From contig CAWCNS010000006.1 of the NCBI GenBank assembly GCA_963796965.1, positions 384,001 to 448,000 of the forward strand: 64,000 nt of DNA, read 5' to 3'. The DNA is from Calditrichia bacterium (lineage in GTDB: Bacteria; Calditrichota; Calditrichia; JAJRVZ01). Positions 10,275 to 21,924 of this stretch are shown here, in pieces; positions within the stretch are counted from its first letter, which is position 1; each line of letters begins with the position of its first letter. A model generated the notes under the pieces. It was not told the origin of the DNA. It saw only the letters and a program-made list of their open reading frames with translations, and ran no database searches. Position numbers and translations under genes: made by a program.

Positions 10275-13200
10275 ATGAAAAAGATCTGCATGATCATCAT
10301 CTTATTAATTGGATTATCAAATGCAGGGGAATGGGAAACATTTACTTTACGGGATAATGGTTCAATTCCGGTTTGGACTGTCGCGGGCTCATTCCCAAAT
10401 GGAATGCCAGGATTTCATGATCATGGTTGTTTTGGATATTTTAAGGATTATCTAATATCCTTAGGTGGTGAAGCAAAAGCGATCCCAGTAGAGAATACCA
10501 TCACTAAATTAGAAAATGGAACAGAGATAGAATGGAAAACGGCATTTAGTAAACCATCCGGATTGCTTGATTTTATAGATATCCTAAAAGTCGAAACAAA
10601 AGCTCCCGGGGTTGCCTACGCTTTTTGCAAATTAATCGCTGCAAAAGATCAAACCGTTATAATTAATATCCGAAGCAATGATGGGGTGAAGGCCTGGCTA
10701 AATGGAGAATCAATTCATGATCATCATGTTGGAAGAACAATTGATGCAGAAGAAGATCGGGTAAAAGTTGAAATTAAAAAAGGAGAGAATCCTATTCTTT
10801 TTAAAATTGATCAGGGTGGTGGGAAATGGGGATTGTCAGTTTCCCTTGTTAATGAAGATGGTAAAGCGGTAAAGGACATAAAATGCTCAATTAACAATTC
10901 TACACGGATATCAAATAAAATTTATAAGGCAGATGTCAGCACAACACAACTTATAAAAAAGACCATTCAGGGAGAAAAGCAAATAATTAATGTAAATGTT
11001 TTTTCAGGGGGCATGCAAAATGTAAAAATTAGTATACATAAAAATGAATGGGAAGAACCGCAGACAAAAGTCATTGATTTGTTACCGATTGGAAATCAGA
11101 TTATTCCACTTGAAGTTCCTGTAATTAAGACAACGGAATCAGCGGAAATACAGATTGCATCTTCATCAGATAAATTAGTATTGAGTGATGTTGTATTGCC
11201 AAAAGTTAATAAATGGAGGTTGTATTTTGTGCAACATGTTCATACGGATATAGGATATACCAGACCGCAGACAGAAATTTTACCGGAACATTTGAGATTT
11301 ATTGATTATGCTCTGGATTTTTGCGATTTGACGGATGATTATCCGGATGATGCAAAATTCCGCTGGACTTGTGAGGTTACCTGGCCGGTAAGAGAATATC
11401 TAAAAAGACGTCCATCAGAACAAATCGAAAGATTACTTCAACGTGTCAGAGAAGGGCGTATTGAAATCGCCGGCATGTTTCTTAATATGTCTGAACTTGC
11501 AACGGAGACCTCTCTTGCCGCCTCATTGCAGCCTATCCGTGAAATAAAAAAATATGGTATCCCAGTAAAAACGGTACTGCAGAATGATGTAAACGGCATT
11601 GGATGGTGTCTGGTCGACTATTTCCATGATATTGGTATAAAATATGTAAATATGGGTATCAATAAGACACGGTCTGTTCTGCCCTTTGACAAACCGACTT
11701 CCTTTTGGTGGGAATCCCCATCAGGCAAACGCGTGTTGGCCTACCGTGCCGATCACTACCACGTCGGCAATTATTGGAAAATACATGATGGAAATACTAC
11801 CGCCTTTGAGCAGGGTATTTTGGAATATCTGAGTTCATTAGAGGAAATAGAATATCCATATAATCAAATATCTGTGCAATATTCGGGCTACAATACAGAT
11901 AATTCACCGCCTTCAACTTCGGCTTGTGATCTGGTAAAAAACTGGAATGAGAAATATTCGTGGCCAAAGTTGCGAATTGCCACGGCGCATGAATTTTTTG
12001 AGGAAATTGAAAAACGTTATTCCGATCAGCTACCCGTTTATCGGGTCGCCTGGCCAGATTGGTGGACAGATGGATTTGGATCAGCGGCAAGAGAAACTGC
12101 AGAAGCACGCAAAACACAAAACAACCTCCAGGTTAGTCAAGGATTACTTTCAATGGCCTCATTGCTTGGTGCTGATATAGGACCGGAGACGAATCAACGT
12201 GCAAGTACCATACAAGATGCCTTGTTATTTTACCAGGAGCATACTTTCGGTTCCTCGGAAAGTATTACGGATCCTGAATCAGAAAACAGTATGATTCAGT
12301 GGGGAGAAAAATCGTCCTATGTGTGGGAAGCTGTAAAGTATGAAGGTCTTTTACGTGAAGAAGCGATGGGATTACTTCAACCCTTTGTTAAAAGAGGAAA
12401 AACCCCAACAATTGTTGTTGTTAATACATTAAACTGGTTACGATCAGGTCTGGTTAATTTATTTATTGATCATGAAATTTTACCCCTTAAGAGTGGATAT
12501 CACATTATCGATACTATCACGGGTGATGAGGTACCGATGCAGCCTGAAAAAACACGAAGTGAGGGAACTTACTGGTCTATATGGATTGATGACGTTCCAT
12601 CCATGGGGTTTCGTACCCTATCGATCGTCCCGGAAAAGAAAGAGCAAATAAGTCAACACTGGTTGATTCACCTAAGAAACATGAAATGGAAAATAGCTGG
12701 TACAAATTAATTGCTGATCCTGTTACAGGTGGATTGAAAAGTCTTTATGACAAACAATTGAAAACAGAACTTTGTGACCAGGATACGTCACTAAAGATAG
12801 GGCAATATATTTATGAGAGAATTCCCGGGAGCCGGGATTTTTTCCCTGGAAATTTTGTACGCACAGGTCTGCGAGAAGTAAAGATTGAACCCGTCACAGA
12901 GGGCCCCATATGGTCCTCATTAAAAATTTTCGCTAAAGCCGATGGATTCGATGAGAAAAAGGGAATGCATATTGAATACAGGCTCTATAAAACAAAAAAA
13001 ATGCTTGAAATTAGATTTAAGGGTTATAAAAGCCGGGAAGAAAGAGCGGAAGCATGTTATATTGTATTTCCCTTTAATTTAAAAGATGCTCAGATCGCTT
13101 ATGAAGGACAGGGTGGTATGATAATTCCTGGTAAAACACAATTGCCGGGATCATCATCCGACTGGCATACGGTTCAGAATTATGCAGCCATTCAAAATGA

Positions 13201-13756
13201 CAAAGGGCAGGTAATCCTTTGTAGCCCCCAGATTCCCCTGGTTCAATTCGGAGATATAAATCTTTCAAAATGGCAGTATGAGGCAGAGATAAAAAAGCCT
13301 CATATTTATTCATGGGTTATGAACAATTACTGGTTTACAAATTTCAGGGCATATCAGGAAGGCGGATTTCACTGGCAATATTACTTAACATCAACGAACG
13401 AGTCTGGTAGTGATGTAGCAACACGTACAGGATGGAATTCTTCTCTGCCCATGCAAGCGCGAGTCTTAACAGCCAGCAATATAAGTTCTGGCATGCAGAC
13501 CACCTCAGCACTTCAAATTAAAAACATGAACCTTCTTTTGGTGTCAGCACAACCGGTAGATAGAGGAATCCTACTTAATGTCCGTGAAACATCAGGACGA
13601 GAGACTTCCCTTAAGCCAGAAGATTTAGGAAATAATCGGATAACTTCTATGGATGAAGTTTCCGTGTTAGGAGATAAATTAAAAGAAAACATCTCTTTAC
13701 TCAGGTTTAAACCCTTTGAATCAAAATTTATAAAGTTAAATCTGAATCTGAATTGA
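10275..13756 (+). CDS. GH38-like glycoside hydrolase with extra N-terminal beta-sandwich domain; frameshift near 12650
   Basis: Signal peptide; HVHTDIGY metal motif; FWWESPSG; EHTFG; C-terminal IYSWVMNNYWFTNF and NVRETSG in ORF 12686..13756. Confidence 0.75.
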
Positions 13757-13853
13757 TATGCTAAAAATCAACCACAGTTTGAAATGTGGTAGGGATGTTA
13801 TTCAATACTATCGAATTTCCCCTATGTGCATGATAAAATAATGAGGTTGCTAT

Positions 13854-16800
13854 ATGAAAAAAGGTTTTATACAGTTGTTGATAATACTTTCAATTTTTTT
13901 CTTTACAGGTTCTTGGGGAAACCAGATTTTTGCCCAGTCAAACGAGGCGATGCAAACCCTGAATCTTCTTGCTTTTGGTGGGCTTGTGGAGCTAAAGTAT
14001 AAAATGGGGGGAGAGGAAGGTGGAGAAGCTGTTGATCTGGATGATACCAATTGGCAAGTAACATCTCCAGGATTTAAGTGGCCGCAGGCAAATACCAATG
14101 TATGGTTTCGAAGCGAGGTGACAATTCCAGAGAAAATAGGAGGTTTTTCTCTGGTGGAAAGACAAATGACCCTCTTTCTTTATATTGATAATGGGGGAGA
14201 AGTTTATGTAAATGGTAAGTTTCAGGGCGGTTTTGACTGGGGAACGGCAGAGTTTGTCATTTCAAATAACCTAAAACCAGGCGATAGATTTGTAATCGCC
14301 GTACGTGGTATTAATAGACCCGGATGGGGGAAAGTAAGTGAATATCGTATAGAATATAGCGGAATGGTTGAATTCCAGAAAAAATTGCAAGATAAAGTAT
14401 GGGGATTATTTATAGCCAAACATGTAGCTGAACAGTTAAGTGAAGATCCGGATCTATGGCTATCCCGTATAAATTCCGTTGCTGAAGCAATCGTTGAATC
14501 ACAGGCATTTTTAAATGGTGACGAAGAAAAACTCTTAAATGAGTTTGATGAAAAAGGAAAGATATTATTAGCGCTAAAAGAGGAAATACAAAATAAATAC
14601 GAGCTATTCTGTGCGGGGTATTCACATATTGATTTAGCATGGAAATGGCCCTGGGTAGAAACCGTGGAGGTTGTAAAAAATACGACCCAATCCGTATTTA
14701 ATATTATGGAAAGGTTTCCCGAGTTTAAATACAGTATGGGCCAAGCACATGCCTATGAATGGTTGGAGACCTACGAACCCAAGTTATTTGAAAAAGTAAG
14801 GGAGAAGGTTAAAGAGGGTAAGTGGGAAATTGTTGGTGGACAATGGTCGGAACCCGATGGCAATCTTCCCTCAGGAGAAAGTTTTGTTAGGCATTCGTTA
14901 TATGCCCAACGTTACTTTAGGCAAAAATTTGGAATACAGGCAAAAATTTGTTGGTTACCCGATAGTTTTGGTTTTAACTGGAATCTACCCCAAATACTCT
15001 CTCGCTCCGGATTAGATGCATTTATTACCACACGAGTGGATGTTAATGATACGCGAAACTTCCCCCATCGGTCATTTTGGTGGCAAGGTCCTGATGGTAG
15101 TAAAATTATGGTTTATATTCCCCGTGACGGCTATATGCATGACTTGAATGGTGAGCAGATGGTTGATTTTCTGACAGCCGAAAAAGAGGAACATAATAGT
15201 GGTAAAGAACTGATTCTTTATGGTGTTGGCAATCATGGTGGAGGACCCACGATGAAAATGCTTGAGAGAGGTTTACGTGCACAGAACGTTCCAGCCTACC
15301 CCAAGATAGAGCTGAGCACGTCACAGGATTACTTCAATGCCTTGTCTGCAGAAGAAAAATCAAAACTACCAACCTGGAACAGCGAACTTTACCTGGAACG
15401 TTTTCGGGGTTGTTTCACCTCTCAGGCAAAAACAAAAAAACATAACCGTGAATGCCAAGTGCAGATAAAAAATGCAGAAAAACTAGCCGCTTTGGCATCA
15501 TTATATGGATATATATATCCCCAAAAAAAAATATTTGATGTTTGGCGATCCATATTGTTCAATCAATTTCACGATGTACTGCCAGGTACATCGATTAATG
15601 CTGTATACCATGATACGGAGCAGGATTATGCGGAAGCGAAAAAAGTGATAGCTGTTATTAGGAAAAGGTCTTTAGCGTTTTTGATGGAAAGGATTGATAC
15701 ACAGGGCAGTGGAGAAGCATTGATTGTATTTAATCCACTTTCTTGGCCACGCACCAGCCCTGTTAGTATTGATCTGGACGATTTGGAAATGAAAAAGGAA
15801 TGGTCCGTTATGGACGAAAAAGGGGTGAATATTCCTGTTCAAAAAATAGAAAGTTCTTCTGTAAATGCAAAACTCCTATTTATGGCAAAGGATATCCCAC
15901 CTTACGGATATGCTGTATACCGGTTAATTGACCAAAGATCAACTTCTCAATCAGAAAACCTTAAATCTGACCCAGGAAATCTGGAAAACAAATTTCTTCG
16001 TGTTGGGATTGATGAAAAGTCAGGTTTAATGAATGAGATATATGACAAAATAGAAAACAAAGATGTTCTCATCAATGCGCAAGGAAATATGCTCCAGATT
16101 TTAGAGGACAAGGCACAGGATGCATGGAATATGAGATTTGGCCTGGAACCTCCTTTTGCTCTCGATAAAGCAAAAGAAGTTTCATTAGTGGAATCTGGTC
16201 CTGTCCGGGCAACCATAAAGGTCGTACATGCATATGCCGGGGAGAAAAAGCAAAAACCAACCGAAGATTTTCCAAGTTCGTTCTTTACACAATACATTTC
16301 CCTTTATGAAGAGCTCCCTTATGTCGAGGTAAGGAACGAGGTTCGTTGGTGGGAAGAGCACAAGGTTTTAAAGGTTGCCTTCCCTGTAAATATTATTTCT
16401 CAAAATGCGCGTTATGAAATTCCTTATGGAAGCATAGAACGATCAACGGGATTTGAGACAGCCTTTGAAAAAGCACGTTATGAGGTCCCGGCGCAGCGTT
16501 GGGCTGACTTATCTGATGGACAAAATGGGGTCGCGATTATAAATGATTCAAAACATGGATATGATATTAAAAAGAATATGATGCGGTTAACCCTTTTAAG
16601 AGCACCGACAAATCCGGATCCCCTTGCAGATAAAGGTTATCACAAATTTAAATATGCCGTGTACCCACATACAGGTAATTATGAAAAGGGCCGTGTTTTT
16701 CAAAGAGGGTTAGAGTTTAATGAACCTTTGATTGTTATGAGAGGGAGGCCGCACCAGGGCGTATTAGAAAAACAGCATTCTTTTATAAATATCTCTCCTC

Positions 16801-17036
16801 AAACTGTAATTCTCAATGCCTTAAAAAAGGCAGAGGATGATGAGGACTTGGTTGTAAGGATATTTGAAACTGCTGGTCGGGAAGATGATGTTCATCTTTC
16901 ATTTGACCGGTTAGTAAAGTCTGTTCAGGAAATTAATTTGATTGAAGACAAAATTGTAGATTTGAATTATGACAAAAACAATTTTAATTTTAAAATCTAT
17001 CCCTATGAAATACGCTCATTCAAAATCAGTTTATAA
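13854..17036 (+). CDS. Alpha-mannosidase, GH38 family, secreted
   Basis: GYSHIDLAWKW, EPDGNLPSGES, WLPDSFG nucleophile, YGVGNHGGGP, FNQFHDVLPGTSI, ARYEVPAQRWADLS. Confidence 0.93.
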   Translation: MKKGFIQLLIILSIFFFTGSWGNQIFAQSNEAMQTLNLLAFGGLVELKYKMGGEEGGEAVDLDDTNWQVTSPGFKWPQANTNVWFRSEVTIPEKIGGFSLVERQMTLFLYIDNGGEVYVNGKFQGGFDWGTAEFVISNNLKPGDRFVIAVRGINRPGWGKVSEYRIEYSGMVEFQKKLQDKVWGLFIAKHVAEQLSEDPDLWLSRINSVAEAIVESQAFLNGDEEKLLNEFDEKGKILLALKEEIQNKYELFCAGYSHIDLAWKWPWVETVEVVKNTTQSVFNIMERFPEFKYSMGQAHAYEWLETYEPKLFEKVREKVKEGKWEIVGGQWSEPDGNLPSGESFVRHSLYAQRYFRQKFGIQAKICWLPDSFGFNWNLPQILSRSGLDAFITTRVDVNDTRNFPHRSFWWQGPDGSKIMVYIPRDGYMHDLNGEQMVDFLTAEKEEHNSGKELILYGVGNHGGGPTMKMLERGLRAQNVPAYPKIELSTSQDYFNALSAEEKSKLPTWNSELYLERFRGCFTSQAKTKKHNRECQVQIKNAEKLAALASLYGYIYPQKKIFDVWRSILFNQFHDVLPGTSINAVYHDTEQDYAEAKKVIAVIRKRSLAFLMERIDTQGSGEALIVFNPLSWPRTSPVSIDLDDLEMKKEWSVMDEKGVNIPVQKIESSSVNAKLLFMAKDIPPYGYAVYRLIDQRSTSQSENLKSDPGNLENKFLRVGIDEKSGLMNEIYDKIENKDVLINAQGNMLQILEDKAQDAWNMRFGLEPPFALDKAKEVSLVESGPVRATIKVVHAYAGEKKQKPTEDFPSSFFTQYISLYEELPYVEVRNEVRWWEEHKVLKVAFPVNIISQNARYEIPYGSIERSTGFETAFEKARYEVPAQRWADLSDGQNGVAIINDSKHGYDIKKNMMRLTLLRAPTNPDPLADKGYHKFKYAVYPHTGNYEKGRVFQRGLEFNEPLIVMRGRPHQGVLEKQHSFINISPQTVILNALKKAEDDEDLVVRIFETAGREDDVHLSFDRLVKSVQEINLIEDKIVDLNYDKNNFNFKIYPYEIRSFKISL

Positions 17037-17522
17037 TGTGATTATACCACACCTTGTGGGGAGAAGAGGTGATTCTTAAAAGTTGGGTCTGTTTTTCAGT
17101 TAAAATGTGCCCCTTGTATTTCGCTTGATTGATACCGTAAAATTAATTAAATTATAATGTTATCCAATTATATGGTTTTCAGGTCATAAATGAATTTTCC
17201 TGACAACCGGATATGTCATGTAGCCTGAAATCAAAGATAACCGGGTATTTATCAGAAAAAAATGATCGTAACTTATCATTTAGATATTTTCTTAAATCTC
17301 TCCATGGGAGAGTTTTTTAAGATTAAACGAAAAATTTCTTCCATGGCATTTCCTAACCGGATTCTTCAATCTATATAATTCCCCCCAAGGTGCATTGAGT
17401 AAATACATGATTAAAATGATCATTTATACAAATTTATTATCTGGGTTTAATGTAGATAGATTTTTCCCGCAATGGGCTACCACGAGTATTTTGGGCAGAC
17501 CAGTAAAATTTTTGGAGAGAAT

Positions 17523-19001
17523 ATGAATCAGCATAAAGTTTGGTATCTTTCATCGGAAGTATCTCCCTTTGCAAAGACAGGTGGATTGGGAGATGTCGCG
17601 GGGGCTTTTCCAAAAGCTCTGAAGATGCAAAATCAGGAAATCCGCGTCATTATGCCCAAATACAAATCAATTAATGAAAGAAAATATATTCTGCGTGAAG
17701 TTATAAGATTGAAAGATATACCAGTAACAATAAATAATGTAACCAGAACAATTAATGTTAAATCAGCCTTTCTTCCGGACAGTAAGGTTCAAATATACTT
17801 TGTAGAAATTCCTGAACTCTTTTCCCGCTCAGGTATATACAGTGATACAAGTTCCGGTAAGGATTTTCCAGACAATGCAGAAAGATTTGCCTATTTTTGC
17901 AAGGGAGCCCTGGAAACTCTTAAAATTTTATCCTGGCGACCAGATGTTATTCACTGCAATGATTGGCAAACAGCATTAGTTCCATATTATTTAAACTCAA
18001 TCTACAAAGAAGATGAGTTTCTTCAGGGAATCAAAACTGTTTTTACCATACATAATTTTTCATACCAGGGTGTATTTAAAAAGAATACGGCACCATTGAT
18101 TGAAGTGGATCAAAAAGAAGTAGAAGAAGGCGGAAGCTTTGAGCACAATGGCCAATTAAATCTTATAAAAGGTGCAATTAAATATTCAGACTGGATAACG
18201 ACAGTTTCTAAAAGTTATGCCGCTGAAATAAGTGGTAAGAGTGAATTTGGCTATGGCCTTGAAAAAGATTTAAAATCCCGCTCAGAAGTTTTCACGGGGG
18301 TATTGAATGGTGTGGATTATAGTGTATGGTCACCAGAGAGTGACAAATTATTGCCATTTAAGTATTCAGAGGAAGATATTTCCGGAAAGGAACAAAACAA
18401 ACAGGCTCTCCTGGCCAGAGTAAATTTGAAATATGAAGAAGGGCGCCCCGTAATTGGTATGATTTCACGCATTGTTGAACAAAAAGGGTATGCCTTACTG
18501 CTTGATGCGATGCAACAATTAACGGATCTTAATATTCAGATAATAATTCTGGGGACCGGAGACAAAAAAATAGAAAAACAGATTCTGGCCTTTCAGAAAA
18601 AAAATCCAGATAAAATAAGTCTCAATCAGGCATTTGATGAAACATTGGCCCATATGATTGAAGCGGGATCAGATTTTTTCCTTATGCCCTCTGTTTATGA
18701 ACCCTGCGGCATGAATCAAATGTATAGTTTAAAATATGGTACTCTTCCAATTGTTTTTAATGTTGGTGGTTTAGCTGAAACAATTTCAGAATATAATGCT
18801 GAAGACATGTCCGGGAACGGTTTCATCTTTGACAAATATAATGTAAAAGATCTGATTAAGACCGTAAAAAGGGCTTTAAAGGTTTTCAAAAAGAAGGATC
18901 AATGGCAAGCCCTACAATTAATGGCCATGAAGGAGGACTTCTCCTGGAATAAATCTGCAGAGGAATATTTAAATATTTACAATACGATACTGGATGAATA
19001 A
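17523..19001 (+). CDS. glgA: Glycogen/starch synthase (GT5)
   Basis: SEVSPFAKTGGLGDV, HCNDWQT, TIHNFSYQG, PSVYEPCGMNQM; GGAG RBS before ATG 17523. Confidence 0.93.
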   Translation: MNQHKVWYLSSEVSPFAKTGGLGDVAGAFPKALKMQNQEIRVIMPKYKSINERKYILREVIRLKDIPVTINNVTRTINVKSAFLPDSKVQIYFVEIPELFSRSGIYSDTSSGKDFPDNAERFAYFCKGALETLKILSWRPDVIHCNDWQTALVPYYLNSIYKEDEFLQGIKTVFTIHNFSYQGVFKKNTAPLIEVDQKEVEEGGSFEHNGQLNLIKGAIKYSDWITTVSKSYAAEISGKSEFGYGLEKDLKSRSEVFTGVLNGVDYSVWSPESDKLLPFKYSEEDISGKEQNKQALLARVNLKYEEGRPVIGMISRIVEQKGYALLLDAMQQLTDLNIQIIILGTGDKKIEKQILAFQKKNPDKISLNQAFDETLAHMIEAGSDFFLMPSVYEPCGMNQMYSLKYGTLPIVFNVGGLAETISEYNAEDMSGNGFIFDKYNVKDLIKTVKRALKVFKKKDQWQALQLMAMKEDFSWNKSAEEYLNIYNTILDE

Positions 19002-19148
19002 TCGCCATTTTTAAGACAATTCCTCAAAAGTTCAACCACAATTTTAAGCCTGTTGTTTGTCAACATTTATCTTGACTTACCTCTGTTTCCAGTCTATTAA
19101 GTGAACAAATCAATCAAATTCCAGTAAAATTATATATGATGAGCTGAT

Positions 19149-19301
19149 ATGAATAGAGGCGTCGCATTTTTAGACAGGGATGGTACGATCAATGAAGAAA
19201 GAGAATATATAAATCAGCGGTTGTTTATACCAGACATCTTAGGTGAAAATCTTTTGGACATAGCAACCCAGATAGAAATAAGATCAATTACGGGAACCTG
19301 A
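19149..19301 (+). pseudogene. 50-aa remnant of a GmhB/HisB-type HAD phosphatase with a large internal deletion
   Basis: Translates MNRGVAFLDRDGTINEEREYINQRLFIPDILGENLLDIATQIEIRSITGT; not in the ORF track. Confidence 0.75.
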
Positions 19302-19465
19302 TGTGAAAGAGGATTCATTTTTGCATGCAGTGATAAGAATTAAGTCGGGAGAAAAATGAATTAAACTATTGTTTTCACGGGAACTGTCTTGCGTTTAATG
19401 CGTTGACATAGAAAATATATTTAATTAAATTCGAAGTCCTTTTGTCCATTTTTGAAGGTGAAATT

Positions 19466-20673
19466 TTGAGAAAAACCATCGTTTTGTTGATTATAGGAAT
19501 CATTACATCCTGGTCATGTGTTGAAGGTGATCCTTTGCACGATATTACCGGCGAACGCTTACAAAGTGGTAATATCTATCGCGACACACTTTATGCCGTA
19601 AGCAATACCTCTGTCATTGAAGGAAAAGTGTCCACGGCTTTATCAACAAAGTTATTGCTAGGTACTTATAAAGATTTTGAGACTCGAACCTTGATTCAGT
19701 TTGGTTCAATCCCGGATGACTCCATTCAGGTAGATTCACTTCGCTTGGTCTTAACGGCAGTTGATAACCAGGGAGAAGTACTTGGAACCCTTCAGGGTTC
19801 TGCTCACATGGTAACTAACTACTGGCCAGAGTCTGTCAATGAGGATGAAAATTGGGATTGGCAGAGTAATATCTCTTATGATCCTGAATATACATCTCAG
19901 TTTGAAGTTGGAGAAGAAACATCCACTTATCAGGTGCTTGATCTTCCTCCGGAATGATGGGCGTTTGGCAGGATACCGTAGGGGGAAACAAAAACTTTGG
20001 CTTTTTGCTTAACTATAGCAATGCCAGCTATATCAAACAATATAATTCTGTTGATGTGCTTTTTAGTGGACAGAGACCCAAACTGGTATATGTATGGTAT
20101 GACGAAACGGCCGATTCGACCCATCACGATACACTTTATGTCACAAAGGATGCCTCACTTATAGATTTTAACGGAACTTTTGATCCTGAAAAATTGTATG
20201 TGGCGTCCGGTTATTCCGTTCGTTCTTTTTTTGAATTCGATCTTTCCGGTATTCGGGAAACAGCCGCTATGGCTTCGATGAACTTTGTCGCGAAGCGTGA
20301 TACACTAAACTCTGTAAAAAATAATCTGAGTCAGGAAACGATGTATTATCGCACGGTAACAACACCCTTTGAGGATCTTCCTTCATATACCGTAGACTCG
20401 ACGTTTGTTATAAATCTCTACTATAATGTGAATGTGGTTGAAGGTTCCGAGAATATACGGGGAATTCAAACACTTGAACAGGGAACCAGTGCACAGAATT
20501 TTTTACAAAGCATTTTAAGTGGTGATATTGAGTATGGTTCATTTTTGCTTCATTATAAATATGAAGGAGAAGATATTTCTGTATATTCAATATACGATAA
20601 CAAAAGTCCGGTAATTGAGAATCGTCCTATTCTTATTGTAGAATACTATGATGTACCCCCAACAAGAATGTAG
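19466..20673 (+). CDS. Uncharacterised lipoprotein (DUF4270-like position and character); split at ~19955 into two overlapping ORFs
   Basis: TTG start with AAGGTG RBS, lipobox-like TSWSC. ORFs 19442..19957 and 19954..20673 abut and the second lacks its own signal peptide. Confidence 0.55.
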
Positions 20674-20683
20674 AGAATAAAGA

Positions 20684-21901
20684 ATGAAATACTTAAAAAA
20701 AATATTCTTATTGATCATAATATTGCTGCCATCCCTAAGTCAGGCAGAAACCTCGGTCTTTGCCCTTGTCCCTAATTCCATTGGTGAGCATTATTATCCT
20801 TATTCGGTTGCAGCATTAGGAAGAGGTGGCTTTTCCATGGCTTTTGTGGATTCTATTAATTTGAACCAGATGAACTATGCTTTGTGGACACATATGCCAC
20901 GAACCACATTTAGTTTGAATTTTGGTTACCAGGGTCTGCAGTCAGAATCCGCAACCAATAAAATAAGTTCTGTTGACGGCAATTTTTTTGGTGGATTTCT
21001 TGCAATACCTTTAATTCCAAAAGTGGCAGCGATGGGATTTGGCATTCTTCCCAAAAGCATTAACAACCAGGGTTTTATTATTCGTGATGTGGGGATAGGT
21101 GCTCCGGCAGATCAAACGATAAAAGTAAAAGGGACATTAAGTGAGGTACAACTTGTTGGCTCTTTTGCATTTGGTCAAAATTTATCGATAGGTTTGTTTT
21201 TATATTATATTCTGGGTAAAATAAATGATCAGACGAGAGTTGATTATTCTGATCCTGCTTACCAGGATGTTGATGTTGAAAATCAGTATCAATTCTATGG
21301 TAAAGGACCCAGTGGAGGTATTAGCGCCTTTTTGCGTCTAACCCCGAGACTTTCAGTTGGTGCCCGGGTAAAATTCCCATCAGTTATGACGATGTATACA
21401 CAGCAGTTTTCGCGTTCAGCTGAGCAGAAGATTGAGCAATATCAGGATATTACTTTTCCCATAAACGCAACTATTGGGGCCAGTTGGGCGCCGCTGGAAC
21501 GCTGGGTAATAGGGGCTGATGTAGATTATATTAATTGGGAAGATGGCTATAAATTCAACGATATCCCAGTAAGAAGTATGAATAACAATTTTCGTATCGG
21601 TGCAGGTATCGAACACACGCCCTCAAAAAGGCGAATGGCTGCCTACGGAAATAAAATGAATTACAGGGCTGGTGTGTTTTATGGACAGTTGAATTTTTTG
21701 GCAAATGAAAATCCTGTAAATGAGTATGGTATATCTTTAGGATTAGGTTTACCAATAAAATCAGGAAGTAGTCGTATAGATGTTGCTGTACAGGTAGGAG
21801 AGCGGGGAGATATTGCTATAAATGGCTTGAGTGAAAAGTTTTTTCGACTTAACTTTTCAGTTTCTGCAAATGAGTTATGGTTCAGACCCGATGACAGGTA
21901 A
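20684..21901 (+). CDS. Outer-membrane beta-barrel protein (FadL/PorV-like family)
   Basis: Signal peptide, AALGRGG motif, alternating beta-strand pattern, YRAG..Y, EYGISLGLGLP, terminal ELWF. Confidence 0.75.
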   Translation: MKYLKKIFLLIIILLPSLSQAETSVFALVPNSIGEHYYPYSVAALGRGGFSMAFVDSINLNQMNYALWTHMPRTTFSLNFGYQGLQSESATNKISSVDGNFFGGFLAIPLIPKVAAMGFGILPKSINNQGFIIRDVGIGAPADQTIKVKGTLSEVQLVGSFAFGQNLSIGLFLYYILGKINDQTRVDYSDPAYQDVDVENQYQFYGKGPSGGISAFLRLTPRLSVGARVKFPSVMTMYTQQFSRSAEQKIEQYQDITFPINATIGASWAPLERWVIGADVDYINWEDGYKFNDIPVRSMNNNFRIGAGIEHTPSKRRMAAYGNKMNYRAGVFYGQLNFLANENPVNEYGISLGLGLPIKSGSSRIDVAVQVGERGDIAINGLSEKFFRLNFSVSANELWFRPDDR

Positions 21902-21924
21902 CAACTTTGGGAGGAGGGATTACA

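Noticed and set aside
6830..12700. Programmed ribosomal frameshifting in the glycan cluster genes
   Set aside because: No consistent slippery heptamer with downstream structure, and similar breaks occur in unrelated genes across the window.
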